DNA of 64,000 bases from Podarcis gaigeae (Eukaryota): NCBI GenBank assembly GCA_964106915.2, contig OZ066920.1. The stretch is one strand, 5' to 3'. Every line of letters begins with the position of its first letter. The first letter of the stretch is position 1. A program made the translations under genes and the position numbers. The notes under the pieces are model-generated. The model was not told the origin of the DNA. It was given only the letters and a program-made list of their open reading frames with translations, and did not search any database. This document shows positions 37,341 through 51,200 of the stretch, in pieces.

Positions 37341-38649
37341 CTGAGGGGACAAAAATAACTGCATGAGTTGCAAAACTCAACATGAATTGTATTCAAAGGC
37401 TCCCTTTTGGGGATTGTCTCGTTCATGGAAGATTTCTATTTATGTTAGATTTCTGTTAACTGAAACCCATTGAAGAGAACTTTTGGATCTATTCATGGTA
37501 TGACCATGAGGCTCCAAATCCTCTTTTTCTCATAAGGATAATAGTAGAAGTGGCCATCATAGTATAGAATATTCAGATGCTTGGTAATTAAAATTGGATG
37601 TGTAAATTTGTAGTACTGTCTATATCTATATCTGTGCACAATGGGAATCCCTCTCTTTAACAAGACTCAGGAAGTGGTGGGCTGGCCAATAAGGTGGCAT
37701 CTCAGCCAAAGTCACTAAATCGTTCAAAAATAGAAAAACCTTGTCCTTTAGAAAGTTACTAGCTGCTGTCTCTCTGCAAAGGGTTCCTGACTAGTCTTGA
37801 AACAAAATAAAGAACATGGCTTAGAGTCAGGAAAGCACAGGGAGAGGTGAGAAAGGAAGTTCTACTAAAGGCTTAGCTGAGGAAAGAAAGACTCATGCTC
37901 TTATGGTCTGTATTTCGGGTGGTATGATTTGAGAAAGTGTGTTGTGTATCAGTCTCCTGGAAGCATCTCAAAAATCTCCTGTGCAGAGGACTGAACTACA
38001 GAGAAGTGTGGAGCACTTTGAGTGGGGAAGATTAAGCCAGAATACCACAAAATATATTTCTTCACAGGTTGAAGAAAGTGGGGGTGCCTTCTGCTCCCAC
38101 TCATGGGAAAAACTTATCTTACTGTCTCACTCTAAATGTGAAAGAGGCTTTTTCACAAGGGCATGAGGGACAATTCATAACAAAAGACATGGGTGGGGAG
38201 TTCCTAGGACATCCTGAGTTAATGAACTGTCATGCCAATCCTAAAGTGAGTGAGCTTGGAAGTTCTCAGGAAATGCCCAAAAGGAACATTTTTGATATAC
38301 ATAATCTATTAGCAAGGTGATCTTCCCCTTGCTGAAAAGGGGAGGGGCTTGAACTTCTCAGGAAATGCAGAAAGGGCACTTTAGTGTAAGCGGGGTATGC
38401 TTGCTGGTGGGTACTCATTTATTTCCATATCCCAGAATTAATTCAAGCAGGTGCTAATTGGCATGTGTTTGGATCATCACTTTGTCACACAACAGGACCT
38501 TTTTCTGCCCACCACAATCATGTATTCATTGCTCATAGCCAAGCTAAGCACACTTCTTAATAACAATGTATTCCTATCAGGAATGTGGGACAGAACAAAA
38601 TGGACATAAAAAGAACAAGTGTTTATTCCCAAACAATTTTCACTACTAC

Positions 38650-38788
38650 CTAAGTCATCAACTGTTGGGTCCCATTTGTAGTGCGGTCTTGAATACATAT
38701 CTACCCTCGCAGGCCCATTCTCCATGGGACACAATGGGTGTATGCTCTGATAGTCTACAGGTGTACCATTCACTGTCACTAGAAGAAC
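38650..38788 (-). CDS. PIEZO2: PIEZO2 exon 11 (139 nt)
   Basis: aacag|GTT CTT..TTA G|gtagta; VLLVTVNGTPVDYQSIHPLCPMENGP..PTVDDL; phase 0-1. Confidence 0.92.
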
Positions 38789-39979
38789 CTGTTGAATTAA
38801 AGTTACAGAAAATGAATCCTTTTAAAATAAACACAATACATTTTTATCACTTTTGTTGTCAAAAATATCAATGATGCACAGTAATCTATCCATAGTTGCC
38901 CTACACATTAAATATCAATTATTACATGATTAACAGGCAATCAGAAGTCCAAACAATTCTCACACATGACAAAATGCAACATCCAAATTGGTGTAACACT
39001 ACTGTCCTAAAGGTAAAGGTAAATGACCCCCTCTTGTCCCCTATATCTTCTCCACAGGGTTGCAGTAACCCCCAGAATAAATTTAGGGGGTATACAGGGA
39101 GAGGCAGTTCCGCTGCATAGTCAAAAGCCTTTGCACTTGCAGAACTGTTTATTTGGTTGCTGCCCATGATCTGTAAATAATAGAAAGAGTGGTTGTGGGC
39201 ACCCAGCTATTTCAAAATATCTCAAAGTCTGGCAGGAAGTCACACATCTACTTCTGCTTCTAAGCTGTTTGCAGACAGATAACTTGAAAGGCTAGGATCT
39301 TCTATTGAGCCAGATGGTGCTGTTGTTGTGTCTGTTATTATTCATTATGGGCTGTATCCAACACTGCAGCTCTGCTAGTACAACATATTTCAATGTACAC
39401 AATGGAGCTTCCTGTTTCCTCTAACCCCTGTACTGTTGGGAGACCATTAGGACCAGATTTGGGGATGTGCAGGGGGAGGAAAGGAAACTGAACTTCTGTT
39501 ATGCTAGTGAAACTCTGCTGAAGAAGGATTGGATACAACTCAGAACTTGTAGGCTTCCCATTAACAAAACGTCTCACGTAAGCAAACAACTGTTAATAAA
39601 ATACAAAATAAAAATCAGTAATATAATCACAATATTGTAAGAATAACTGAGTAGTACAATACATAGTGATACAACAGCAAACCATGTTATTAAGCCTCAT
39701 AAGCCAAATGGAAGATATATTTTTCAGCAGGTGTTTAGAAGATGAGCTGGGGGGCTAAAAGGATATAAAAGTCTTCTCGCTTTAGATGTTGCTGCTCAAC
39801 ACATGAGGGCTGGGAGGAGCATAGCCTTGGGGATGGGGTGAACCACATGTCCCCACAGTCCCTTTGGACTGTACCTCTGTCCCTTTGTGTGAGTAATGTG
39901 TGAGCAAGGCTTATCTCTAAACAATATAATAAAAATTCACAGTGCAAATTAACTCCAAAAATGAGACAATGGTACTAAC

Positions 39980-40018
39980 ATCAGATGGCTTGTGATCATC
40001 TTGAGTCATTGACAGAAG
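39980..40018 (-). CDS. PIEZO2: PIEZO2 exon 10 (39-nt cassette exon)
   Basis: ttttgcag|CTT..GAT|gttagt; LLSMTQDDHKPSD (mammalian LLSMTQDDYKPSD); phase 0-0. Confidence 0.92.
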
Positions 40019-40187
40019 CTGCAAAAGCAAGGCAAGAATAGCTTATTAGTTAAGAATTATAGCTGAAGCGTAAAATATTCTTAATAGCTTTAGGCTTTGG
40101 TTCCGAATGGACCATTTGCTTTGAGGAATGTGTTAATCACTGCATGCATATCTTCTACTACTATTCTGCTGCCGCCGCCACTGCCAC

Positions 40188-40188
<1 letters not shown>

Positions 40189-40221
<33 letters not shown>
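40189..40221. repeat. (ATT)n microsatellite
   Basis: Direct reading. Confidence 0.9.
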
Positions 40222-40225
<4 letters not shown>

Positions 40226-40256
40226 ATATATTTTCCAGGCTACAACATTGTTTCTA

Positions 40257-40333
40257 GTCAAAGGTTCCCACTAGATGCACACAAGCCCACCTAAAGTCAA
40301 AATTCCCACTAGATGCACACAAGCCCACCTAAA
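40257..40333. repeat. Tandem duplication of about 38 bp
   Basis: TTCCCACTAGATGCACACAAGCCCACCTAAA at 40265 and 40303. Confidence 0.9.
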
Positions 40334-40571
40334 ACAACTCTCATGCAGCTTTTATGTCAAATGTTTGAAAACCAAAAGACTAGGTAAAATAAGGAGATGT
40401 TAAGTGGTACGTTTATACTGCAATATTTGTATTTTTAAAGTGCTTGTAGCAACATTCGCTCCTATGTTGTGCTTAAAACTGTATCATCATACAAAGTCAG
40501 AAACATGAAACATAGCACTCCTGATCATTAACTGGATAATTACAATCCAACTACTTTATATTTGACCTTAC

Positions 40572-40700
40572 TTTTCTTTCATCAGTTGTGTAGCGGCTTG
40601 TATACCACAAACTGCGCCTTCTTTCTGCAGTCATTTGGACATGAGTGCAGTCTGTTTCCTCTTCCCTGTTACCAGATTTATCATCATCATCAGGTATATG
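40572..40700 (-). CDS. PIEZO2: PIEZO2 exon 9 (129 nt)
   Basis: tttag|CAT..AGA AAA|gtaagg; HIPDDDDKSGNREEETDCTHVQMTAERRRSLWYTSRYTTDERK; not in ORF track. Confidence 0.9.
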
Positions 40701-40835
40701 CTAAAGAACAAATGGCTATGTTAGCTCCAGAATAACCAGTTATTTAGTTGCTAAGTTTCGCTTTAAAAATGGGGGAGGGGGATTTTCTTGCCAAGATAAA
40801 TAGGATTAAATTTATATACCATCTTTCATCCAAGG

Positions 40836-40971
40836 CAGGCTTCCTCAACCTCGGCCCTCCATATGTTTTTTTTCTACAACTCCCATGATCCCTAGTTAGC
40901 AGGACCAGTGGTCAGGGATGATGGGAACTGTAGTCTCATAACATCTGGAAGGCCAAGGTTGAGGAAGCCTG
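40836..40971. mobile_element. hAT-type MITE
   Basis: TIR CAGGCTTCCTCAACCT/AGGTTGAGGAAGCCTG; exact 8-bp TSD ATCCAAGG. Confidence 0.92.
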
Positions 40972-41602
40972 ATCCAAGGATTTACAATCTAGGCAGTGTT
41001 TAGCTTAATATATTTCTTTCCCAGGCAAGCCCATATGAACTTTTCAGACAAGTATGAAGACTAATCAATCTCAACACATTTTTGGCTAGACAGGTTTAAA
41101 CAACACTGCAAACATCAACAGATAATGGTAACTTCATCTTGACAACATTAATCATGAGCAACATGGCAATTCTTCTTACTCTCCTGCCCCTTGCAGCTCC
41201 CCATCTCCTCCAGGGTTTTCCCCCAACCCTCTAAAGCAGAATTTGGATGTTTGCAGGAGGCTACAGGGAGAAGGGGAATCTGTTCCACCAATGGATATAT
41301 ACACACAGTATCAGGGCCGGCAGTGGTGCACAATGAGTTCCTTGGAGTCTGGACCTGCCACCCCTGTGGATCCTGCTGCCTGAGGCTGTTGTTTCACCTT
41401 GCCTCATGGGCAGACCAGCTCAGCACAATATACTACATGTTTACTTCCCCTTCACCCCTGAGCATGGAGAAGATAGGGAGGTTACAAGGGTCAGGCAAAT
41501 GACACATGAGCGTGTAAGAGTATTCATCCAGAGCACACATCACCACAATGAATAAGTAGAGCATGCACTCATAAAGGCCATGTTATGTCACACCACATAT
41601 AA

Positions 41603-41695
41603 GGTATGTGAAGAAGTGTGCATGCACACGAAAGCTTAGACCCAAAACAAACTTAGTTGGTCTCTAAGGTGCTACTGGACAATTTTTTTATTTTT
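41603..41695 (+). mobile_element. Penelope-like element 3' fragment
   Basis: TGAAGAAGTGTGCATGCACACGAAAGCT..TTAGTTGGTCTCTAAGGTGCTACTGGA; flanked by 10-bp direct repeat CCACATATAA. Confidence 0.65.
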
Positions 41696-42014
41696 CCACA
41701 TATAACCTATTCCTGAGCTAGTGAGCATCTGAACAAACCCTCTATTGTGCAAAGCGCTCTCCCTAGCTTACTCTGTCTTCCCTGAAGCACCCACCCCTGG
41801 CATTTACATGATGAGGAAATTACTGGGTTAATAACTTTTCTACTAACATGTAGCTCTGCCCTGAATTACATACAACAAGTCATCTCTTTTTCGTAATTCA
41901 CAATGCACATTTGTTAAATTTTATGCACAAATATTGCCACATCCTGAAATGATGTCTACACTCTTTTCCTGAAGATTTTCTCATTACTATATAGGAAGAA
42001 GAGAGTTGTTTTAC

Positions 42015-42183
42015 CTGTACAATAGGTTCATGGAGCCAAAGTCGAATGAGAGTTGCTAGCGTATAGTATAACAGGAGCACCAAGATGGGGCTAGTATGGT
42101 GATACCAAAACAACTTTTGATTAGTTATAATTTTCCAAGTGCTTGAACAGTTGGTCTGAATAACTGAAGTGACACCAAATAAT
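42015..42183 (-). CDS. PIEZO2: PIEZO2 exon 8 (169 nt)
   Basis: aacag|A TTA..GTA CAG|gtaaaa; LFGVTSVIQTNCSSTWKII..LRLWLHEPIVQ-like end (TLIRLWLHEPIVQ); phase 2-0. Confidence 0.95.
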
Positions 42184-42710
42184 CTGTTGAAATGATAAAA
42201 CAGGAGATATTACATAAACAATACAGATTATCATTATCATGACATTCTGACTGTCTGAATTCATGGCTTCTTATTCAGTCAGCACAAAGTCCCTACAATT
42301 TTATCAGGAATTCGGATTAGCAAATCATTCTGGCTATTGCCTTTGGTAACTGAGACCTCATCCAACTTCTACATTTTTTTGTGTGAATATAATTAAGCAT
42401 GAAGATATTACCTGCTTTGTCTTCTTTTCTTGGGAAACATTTATCTTTAGTTTCATTGTTTAAAACTTTGTTTTATTTGGTGTACTAAAGAATCTATAGA
42501 GTTTGCCAACCTACTAAGAGATGCCTCTGAGTAATTTTACCAATTCTAGTGTCAATTAGATTTAAATCACTGGTCCCTATGTGCAAATTGTTTTGATGGG
42601 TATGTAGTGATGCAAAGCTGTTGCATATAATAGTTCGTCCATACCTTACATTTAAAGCACATCCAATGCAGATTTAAAACCCATGACTTCCTACAACGAA
42701 CCCTCTAAAC

Positions 42711-42846
42711 CAGGCTTCCTCAGCCTTGGCCCTCCAGATGTTTTTGGCCTACAACTCCCATGATCCCTAGCTAGCAGGGCCAATGGTCAGGGATGATGGG
42801 AATTGTAGTCTCAAAATATCTGGAGGGCCGAGGTTGAGGAAGCCTG
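42711..42846. mobile_element. hAT-type MITE (same family), nested in an older palindromic element at about 42639-42973
   Basis: TIR CAGGCTTCCTCA; exact 8-bp TSD CTCTAAAC. Confidence 0.92.
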
Positions 42847-45146
42847 CTCTAAACAGTAGTCTTGCCTCTCACAGAGCCACAATTCCCAGTACTATTAACA
42901 AGCTGTAATTGCCAGGATTCTTTGGAGAAGTCATGTGCTTTAAACGTGTGTTGGATATGCTTTAACTGTATGGTGAGCCTCTGCCCTCAGTCGTGGGCAT
43001 AAGTTCTTACCAGCTGCACTCTGATCCAGTAGGCTCATGCCTATGAGAGATTCAATGACAATGCAAAGCCACCATGTAACCAGCTGGCTTCTGCAGCCAC
43101 TTCAGTGTTGGCGTGCCCTATGTATGTTCATGCAGCTGCATTAAACTTTTGAACGAGTTTCTCAATAAGATGGCTGCTTGCAGGACCCAATTAAGGGAGC
43201 TGGATGAGTAAAGACCTCCTGCTCTTCCCCAATTAGTTTGTGTGTGCGATTATCTCTGTAAGTTTGCAGAAAAGGAAATGTTTTGTGTTTTCCAAAGGTA
43301 AAATGAATATTCATAACCAATCTACAGAGCGGCCATAACATGAGCAGGATTTCAGGTTATACAAGCCACGAATAATGTTATTACTGTTCTGAGGAACATT
43401 AAACAAACATCAAACTGGAAAATAGTAAAAATGAAACAAAAAAACAGGTGGCTGACACATTGTTGCTCTGTCAATTCATTTCCCCAGCAAAAGCTTACTG
43501 AATTAATGCAATCATGTCTCTGGTGTATATGTGCTGTGATCTGCTCTTCCTGACACATTCACAGCCTATGACCTTGATAAATGCAAGATACTGATTTAGT
43601 ATTAAAGCGCATAGTGATGTAAGAGTGGAAATATTGTTGTTCTCTAAAAAAACAGGAAAACGTTTTTCTTCTACTTCCACCTACGGCAGAGTAGCCAACT
43701 GTGGATATAGCTATCATCGCAAAGACCAGACTACCTTAAGATGGGTTCATCTGAAAATGGAGGCATGTGCCCTACTTTTGCTAATATTCATGTCTCCTTG
43801 CAGGTTCCATCCCCAATAAAGTCTTAAACTGGGGAGAGAAGAGGTGGCGGGGGATAACAGGCAGAAAAGAAGGCTTACTCCCACACATGATATGCATTTG
43901 TGGGTCTCACCTTAGCTGTGGCTTATTGGCAGAGGGCCCTCTACAGGAATGCGGATTTCAGCAGGTGCCCACCTGTACCAACCCCCCACACCAATTTTTA
44001 TTTTTTATTTTTTTTATTGCTGCTTCTACTGTCTTATTATTGTAGTGTATAATTACTGTTTGATTGTACAGCCTAGAATTTAAATTTTAATTAAAGGTTC
44101 ACATAGAAATCTTTTTTAAAAGCTACAGACAACAACTATCACTTGCAGATTGGGGGGAAACAGCTTTGGGATCACATGTATCAATGCTACCATACTTTCT
44201 ATCTTAACCAAGAGGTTGAAGATTTGCAAATCCTGGTCAAGAATAATCTAGTTAGTACTGCCACATTTCTTCCCATATAACACCTGCTATGTATCCTCTA
44301 TGTCAAATACTCAAATGCAATAATTATAAACATTTTAATAAGAAATGGTGACACTGAAGAAATTATTAACAGTTCTAATACATGAAAAGCAGCACAGCTT
44401 TACTTCAAGAAGATGCATTCAATTTTCAGTTTTCTAAATTTGTGCAAGCACTTCTGACACCTGGATTGTATGCTTTCTAAATGACATCGTATGTTTCAGG
44501 TACTATATATAAATATATCTGTAATGTAAGTATGCAAAAGATTTCACACACATACATAGGTTATTATGTCAATATGTACGGAACAATCCTGTAAGGCAAT
44601 GTCAGTATAATTCTCTTATTAACTATTGATACATTTCTTTCATCAGAATTTATCTTCACAAAACAGAATGACTGTCTCCATACGCAAACATCCATCACAC
44701 GTCACTTGAGTACGTTATTACTTAATGAGTGAGGTCATCCAATTGTTGTTAACCATTATGCTCTGACAAGTAGCACCACTTTCCACTAACAAAAAGCCAC
44801 AAACTCTAAATCCCAATGACATTGTATGGATACAATATTTATCTATGATAAAAAATGCATTTTGTTATAAAACATATGCAACGTCATGACTGCATTTGTC
44901 CAGAAAAGCTGGAATCCAGTTAACCATAATTAAACAGCAGCAATCTGGAAACATCTACCGACTTTCTTCTATATTACATACTAAGCAACGCATGCCCACA
45001 GGTTACAAAAACACCTATGTTAGGGTGTGTACAAGGTTTTCTTCAATCACTTGTGAAATCACTGCCGTAACTAAAGAGTTCTTGCTCACTGTGACAGTGC
45101 TTTTACTTTAAAAATCAAAAGTGCTATCCCTCTTGTAACTATAGTG

Positions 45147-45279
45147 CAGGCATCCCAAAACTTGGCCCTCCAGATGTTTTGGGGCTATAATTCCCATCAT
45201 CCCTGACCACTGGTCCTGTTAGCTAGGGATGATGGGAGTTGTAGTCCCAAATCTGTAGGGCCGAGTTTGGGGATGCCTG
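45147..45279. mobile_element. hAT-type MITE (related family)
   Basis: TIR CAGGCATCCC/GGGATGCCTG; exact 8-bp TSD CTATAGTG. Confidence 0.92.
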
Positions 45280-45672
45280 CTATAGTGTATATACACTATA
45301 CAAATACACTGTTACAGTCAAGAAAATACTGCACGCACACGCACACGCACACTGTTACTTTTGTTTTAATATCATGTTTTTTATTGCTCATTCCCAGATT
45401 CCTCTATACCTCTTTTCTACTGAGTCCTAGTTTCCATTGCTTTAACCGAATCAAAGCTTTTCTGGCAATGGCAAAACCAGCACTATTATAACATTCCTTC
45501 TGGCAACACTTTTTCTATTAAACAGAACTAATCTGAAATGCAGAGGGGCTGAACATAAAACTCTGAATAAGTTTAAGCCTGTGGGTAAATGTCAACCATG
45601 TAATCAGGGCAAATGCTATCATTAGGACAACTAGGCAGCAGCCTAGGCCACAGACTCCGGAGGGGCACAGCA

Positions 45673-45943
45673 GTAAGGGTAAAGGAGCCCTGGACGGTTA
45701 AGACCCATAAAAGGCGATTATGGGGTGCAGCGCTCATCTCGCTTTCAGGCCGAGGGAGCCTGCGTTTGTCCACAGGCAGCTTTCTGGGTCATGTGGCCAG
45801 TATGACTAAACTGCTACTGGCATACAGAGGACCATGACGAGTGTCAGAGCGCATGGAAACATTGTTTACCTTCCTGCCACAGTGGTATCTATTTATCTAC
45901 TCGCACTGCCATGCTTTCAAACTGCTAAGTTGGCAGAAGCTGG
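45673..45943 (-). mobile_element. Sauria SINE, older and 5'-truncated
   Basis: Reverse complement of the SINE core (TCATGTGGCCAG.ATGACTAA, CTATTTATCTACT) with GTAAAGG tail. Confidence 0.8.
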
Positions 45944-47733
45944 TGTAGCTTTATGCATTTATTCATTGTTAACTTTTTATGACTCTTGTTTTTAACAAAC
46001 CTGGTGGCAGGCAACAATAACACACAAGACTTATTTATTTAATATGAACTAGAATCAACCATCAACTTTTATTTGCCATCAAACCTGCTATGCTTAGAAC
46101 AAGATTTCAATATTCAACTTTTAAAAAAGATAATAGAGTGTTTTGGCTGTGTCCAGAATATCAAGACAGCATATTTCTTGAATTAAATTTCTGGCTGTTG
46201 CATTTCATTCAAGCAGTATTAATCTGCCAAAAACACAAAAAAAATCCTCTTCTTAGATTCTGACACCTGCAAAAGATCTATACTGTCAAATAATTCTAAG
46301 TAGTTTTGTTGCGATATAAGCACATTGCATAGCCTATTTCCTTCCTGCTTAGCCAAACCAGGTTGTGTCACCACCTTCTTCTGACCCAGAAGCACAGCAA
46401 GTGATCTCCTGCAGTTATGCACACTGACCTCCAGGTCTGGCTCTGAGTAGACATTGTGATGGGAGGTGCTCCCACTATTGCTATACCCTGCAGGAAATAT
46501 TAAGCACAAGGAACAATATTCCCTGCTATCATCTAAAGAGAAGACCACCCAGATTAAAACATGCAAGCACAGGGATCCATACAGATTGCAAAGGGCTATC
46601 TTAAGTCATTACTAGCATTTTATTGCTACCTAGATGTATAGGCACTAACAACACAAAATATATTTTATATCAAATCATGCAATTAGGGAAGTGCCATCTT
46701 ATGTTCCCTGAGGCTCTTAAGTAAAGCTCTGAAGAGTGGTAATAAGAACCAATCCAGATTTTTTTATACTTTGAAAATTTGTTCTACAAAGCTATTTTAA
46801 CTTAGTGAGGAAGTGATAAATAAAGTGATCTACAAGGGGCTACACCATTACAATGACTTGAGAGCACCTTCCAGATGTTCTATAAAAATAATAACAATGG
46901 AAATCTGGCTATTGAGCTTCAACAGATTTTAGGATAATGGGTATATGTTTTCATCCACTTTCTTTTTGATCAAAAATGTGTTGGTGATTTTTGTAGGCAG
47001 TGGGCTCCACATTTTTTTTTTTTAAGCCTACACAAAGAGAAAGAAAAAGAAAGAGAGTGCATCTTGCTAACAGAACTATGTCCAAGCTGGTCCTAATCTT
47101 TCAGCTTCTATAAATATACTCATCAGAATGGGTTGGATGAGATATGATTTTTACAATTAAAAGGAAAGTCAGCAAGAGATGTCACCTGAGGAGGAGATGT
47201 CGCTTGGCCTCAGGTCTCAGGTGCCAGATAGAGAAAACCAGAGGGCTGTATTGAGTTTCTCACTCCTGGTTTAGAAGCACCCAACACACGTCAGAAAAAA
47301 ATCTTGCTTAACAAGACTTCAAGGGTACTGCTGCAGGAGATATGGTTTAACTATACAGTGCTAGCCCAATTTGGAGCTATTTGCTTTTCCAAATTAATTG
47401 ACAGGCAGCAGTCTTAGGTGTCTTATACATGCCTCATGCCAGCCTAATTTATGCTATGTAAGTGTTGTATATAGACATTGTGGTTGGGATGCCTTTTCCT
47501 CCCTCCTCCTCCCTGCTGTTGCCTCACTACTGCTACACCCCTTTGTCACCACCTCCAATGCAGTACCATTCTCACCCATCAATGTTGCATACTGAGGAAG
47601 GAAGGCAATGTGGCTCAGCTGGCTGTGTCTGCACCATTTTGTTGCAATTGTAGCAAACAAACAGTCTAGCAAGAAGAGGTGAGAGGAAAAGGCAGTGGAG
47701 GGGCAGAGGTGGCAACTGTGAGCTACCTCAGTA

Positions 47734-47980
47734 CAGTGGTACCTCGGGTTAAGTACTTACTGTAATTCGTTCCGGAGGTCCGTTCTTAACCTAAAACTGT
47801 TCTTAACCTGAAGCACCACTTTAGCTAATGGGGCCTCCTGCTGCCGCCGCGCCGCCGGAGCATGATTTCTGTTCTCATCCTGAAGCAAAGTTCTTAACCT
47901 GAAGCACTATTTCTGGGTTAGCGGAGTCTGTAACCTGAAGCGTATGTAACCTGAAGCGTATGTAACCTGAGGTACCACTG
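47734..47980. mobile_element. Tc1/mariner MITE (family A, orientation 2)
   Basis: Same TIR and TA TSD; reverse complement of the 30913 copy; internal 16-bp duplication TGTAACCTGAAGCGTA. Confidence 0.9.
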
Positions 47981-48122
47981 TATAATGGCTGCTTCAATAC
48001 CGCTTAACATTCAGGACAATCTTTTAAAAAACAGATTAGATCTGGTTCAGGTTCATGGAAAATATACCTCCCATCAGCAATTATGCCACAGCATTCTGTA
48101 CTAACTGCAGTTCATGGATCAA

Positions 48123-48260
48123 TTACAAGAAAAGCCCCAGATACAATGCACTGCCGTAATCCAGTCTTGAAGTTACCAATGCATGGACTATTGTGAGCAA
48201 GCTATCCCCACTTGGTAATGGCTGCTGCTGTACCAGCAGAAGCTGATTAAAGGCACATAT
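48123..48260 (-). mobile_element. L2-clade LINE reverse-transcriptase fragment
   Basis: Translates to LTIVHALVTSRLDYGSALYLGL, resembling the L2 ORF2 motif HALVTSRLDYCN. Confidence 0.75.
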
Positions 48261-51200
48261 TCTTTTAAGAACCAAAAGGCTGCTACAAAAAAAGTAGAGC
48301 TTTTTTATCTTCTTTGAATTGCTTCCAAGTATGACCCGATAAATTTCTAGAAACCTGTCTGAGACATCAGGTTGTGGGCAAATTAAAAAACGGTGCAAAT
48401 TATGTGCCTTTAGGAAACGTAGTTCAGAGCCTTACATGGTTAACTCAAAAAGTTCACCAAGCTGGTGTAAAATGCTACTTTGAGATGTTTGAGAAGTGTC
48501 AAAGAGCATTATTTCTGCTCTACAAAATGATGAACAAGCAGTTCCTACAATAAACCTCAAACACAGGAGAGACTGTGAGAAAGAACACAAATGAAGCGTG
48601 CAGGGAAGCTATATTAGGAGGTGTATTTTGGAATTAAGAGGTACATCCTGGAGTGTCCTAGCATAATGAATCAAAATCAACTGAAGAGCCTAGCAACTGT
48701 CATCCAAAAGAAACTGGAGGCATCAAATTTCAAAGCTGCATAACAAATTAAACTCTTCAGCTACAGACATTAATCTCATTGGGTCAGTGTTCTTTGAACA
48801 TTGCAAAATAATGCCCGTGATCTATAGCCAATTTGTTTTAGAAGAAAAGGTACACCAGTACATGGCACATGGGAGGGTTTGTCTGCTTTGCTATTAATTG
48901 TACAAACACGTCAAATAGGTTGAAGCTCTGAAGCATCTGCAAATGTGAGTGGTATTTTTCCTTTATTAGGGCAGGTGGCTACATACCACAGAACATTTAT
49001 CTAATTCCAATCTATTTCAGAGCAAAATATCCCTATTTCTGGTACATCTCAGGGAAGTGCCTTAAAATGTTTCTACAATGGTTAAGAGAAATATGTGTTT
49101 AGTTCGAATACTTTAGCATCACAAATTGATGTTCAGCTAGATAGGGTCAACTTTGGATCTTCAGAATGTAGTAATAGTCTGAGACTGTGTGGGACTATTC
49201 TAGTTCTGAAATAGTCCTGGGAAACATGAGCAAGAGACTGGGGGTGAGGAAAGCCTTTCCGCCATTAGCTGGTATTACCCAATCTGGCTTTTACTGATTC
49301 CACACCTATTGCATCATTTATAATTAATTTCCAGTTTTGTTAAAATAAGAATTCCCACTTGCTTTCTTTACTTTTGCTCATTGCCTTCAACAAGTGCCAG
49401 AGATAAACAACTGAACAAGGTTCTTTTTTTCTCATCTACAATGCTCAGTTTAAGTGCTGAGGATTTTGGGACTGGTCAGATGAGGATAGAGCCATCAAAA
49501 AAGGTGAAGAAATACTCCAACTCCAAGTTGCAGTTATTGAGCGGTTGCTAGGGAGATGAGTGCTGATAACCTATTGAAGGCATCCTCAGTCTCTTTCCAA
49601 ACCTGCAGTTTTCAGCTAATTCTGAAGTACTTTTCGAATGAAAAAACCTATAACAGCTAGACTGATCCTCCCTCCTCTGGCAGTAGCTACTGATCTGAGT
49701 AACTGTGGTGACTTTTGTTCCTCACCTTATATTTTCAACATTTTAATATAGTAATATATTTTTATATTATTCTAATTTAATGTTTATATTGCTGTTGGCA
49801 GATTTGAGAGGAACCTATCTGCAAAAGCAGCTTATTTTTATTTTTTTTAAAAAAAATAAATAAAATTGTGGGTATGATTGTCAATAGCCTATAATATTCT
49901 GTTTCTGATTTGATTTCATTCTGATGTAAAATCATCTCTCTGTGTTTATTTCTTAATATTGAAGATGATGTAAAGAACCTCTGTACTTCACTCACAGGTT
50001 TTTTATTTTATCTTCATTTATTTGTACATCTTTCTGATCTATATTCTCAAAAATCAATAAACATTTTTTTTTTAAAGTTAGTATAGGTGAACAAGATCAT
50101 CCTACTCTTGCAATCACATTTTTAAAATGAAATTTCATTCAGTGCTTCAGCCAAAGAAGTGTTGGTCTTCATACAAGACATCTAGTTATACAAATAATTA
50201 AATGCATATTGTTTTCCTCTCTTTTCATTATAGTTTGACAAAATGAAGAGGATTGCTTTCCATCAGTCAAGTTTAAATGTTTCAGCATCAGTTCCAAATT
50301 TCCAACAACCTTTCTTTCCTTGCATACTTTCCACTAGCTTCTCATTAGGTTGGCAGTGCTGCTTCTGCTCTGTCAATAGTTAAACAAATATTCCATAACA
50401 CCGAAAGCCAAATTCTGCAAGTTCATCAAATATAAAATAAATTATGCAAATATAATTTGGTCCAATAACTTAAGTAATTTGTATTAAATTCAGACACTAG
50501 TATTTAAAGTACAAGTCAGAACAGTAGAAAATCTTGCAGGCATAATGATGGAAACCTATTCTGCAGCTTGTGGAATATGTATTCAGAGCCAAGCAGTAAA
50601 ATACTGTGTCTTCTCAGAAGTGTGCCAGTCATTTGCTGGATTTAATGGCAGTATATTTCATGTTTGCTGAACTAATCTGTAAGAATACTAGGATTTTGAA
50701 AATCTGCTTGAAACTCACTTAAATCATTATATTAAAAAATGGTGACCAGCATTTCTAAATATATGTTAAGGGTGCCTAGGCTATTTGTAGCAGCTAAATT
50801 TTTAGAAACTGGTTAGGACAGTGTAGTTGGAAATGTAAGTTTATCCCTTTGTTAACAAAAGAAAGCAATTATCCTCACTATTATGTTAATCTCTTGCCTT
50901 TACGTTTTGCTTTTATTTTCAAAAAAATATTCAATAGCCTCAGGCATGTGCTGTTCTGAAAGGTAGGATTCTTTCAAGATGTTTTGTTACAGGTTTTCAG
51001 TAGCTGAGCCAATTAAAAAGACAGCAGTCTTACTCTACACAGCAAACTAGGATTATTGTAAGTAGTTTCATACTCTGGAGTGCATTATTTTTTAAAAAAC
51101 TATTTTTTTCAGCAACTCCACAAAGTACAGGGATTGACAAATTTCTTCAGGTAGGAAAGGTAAACTAATTTCACTTTGTACAGATTCAAAGCTTTATTAT

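Noticed and set aside
43905-43950. In-frame 30-nt exon-like segment in intron 7 (cctgtag|..AAG|gtgaga)
   Set aside because: Poor pyrimidine tract and no supporting motifs; it shows the background rate of chance exon-like hits.
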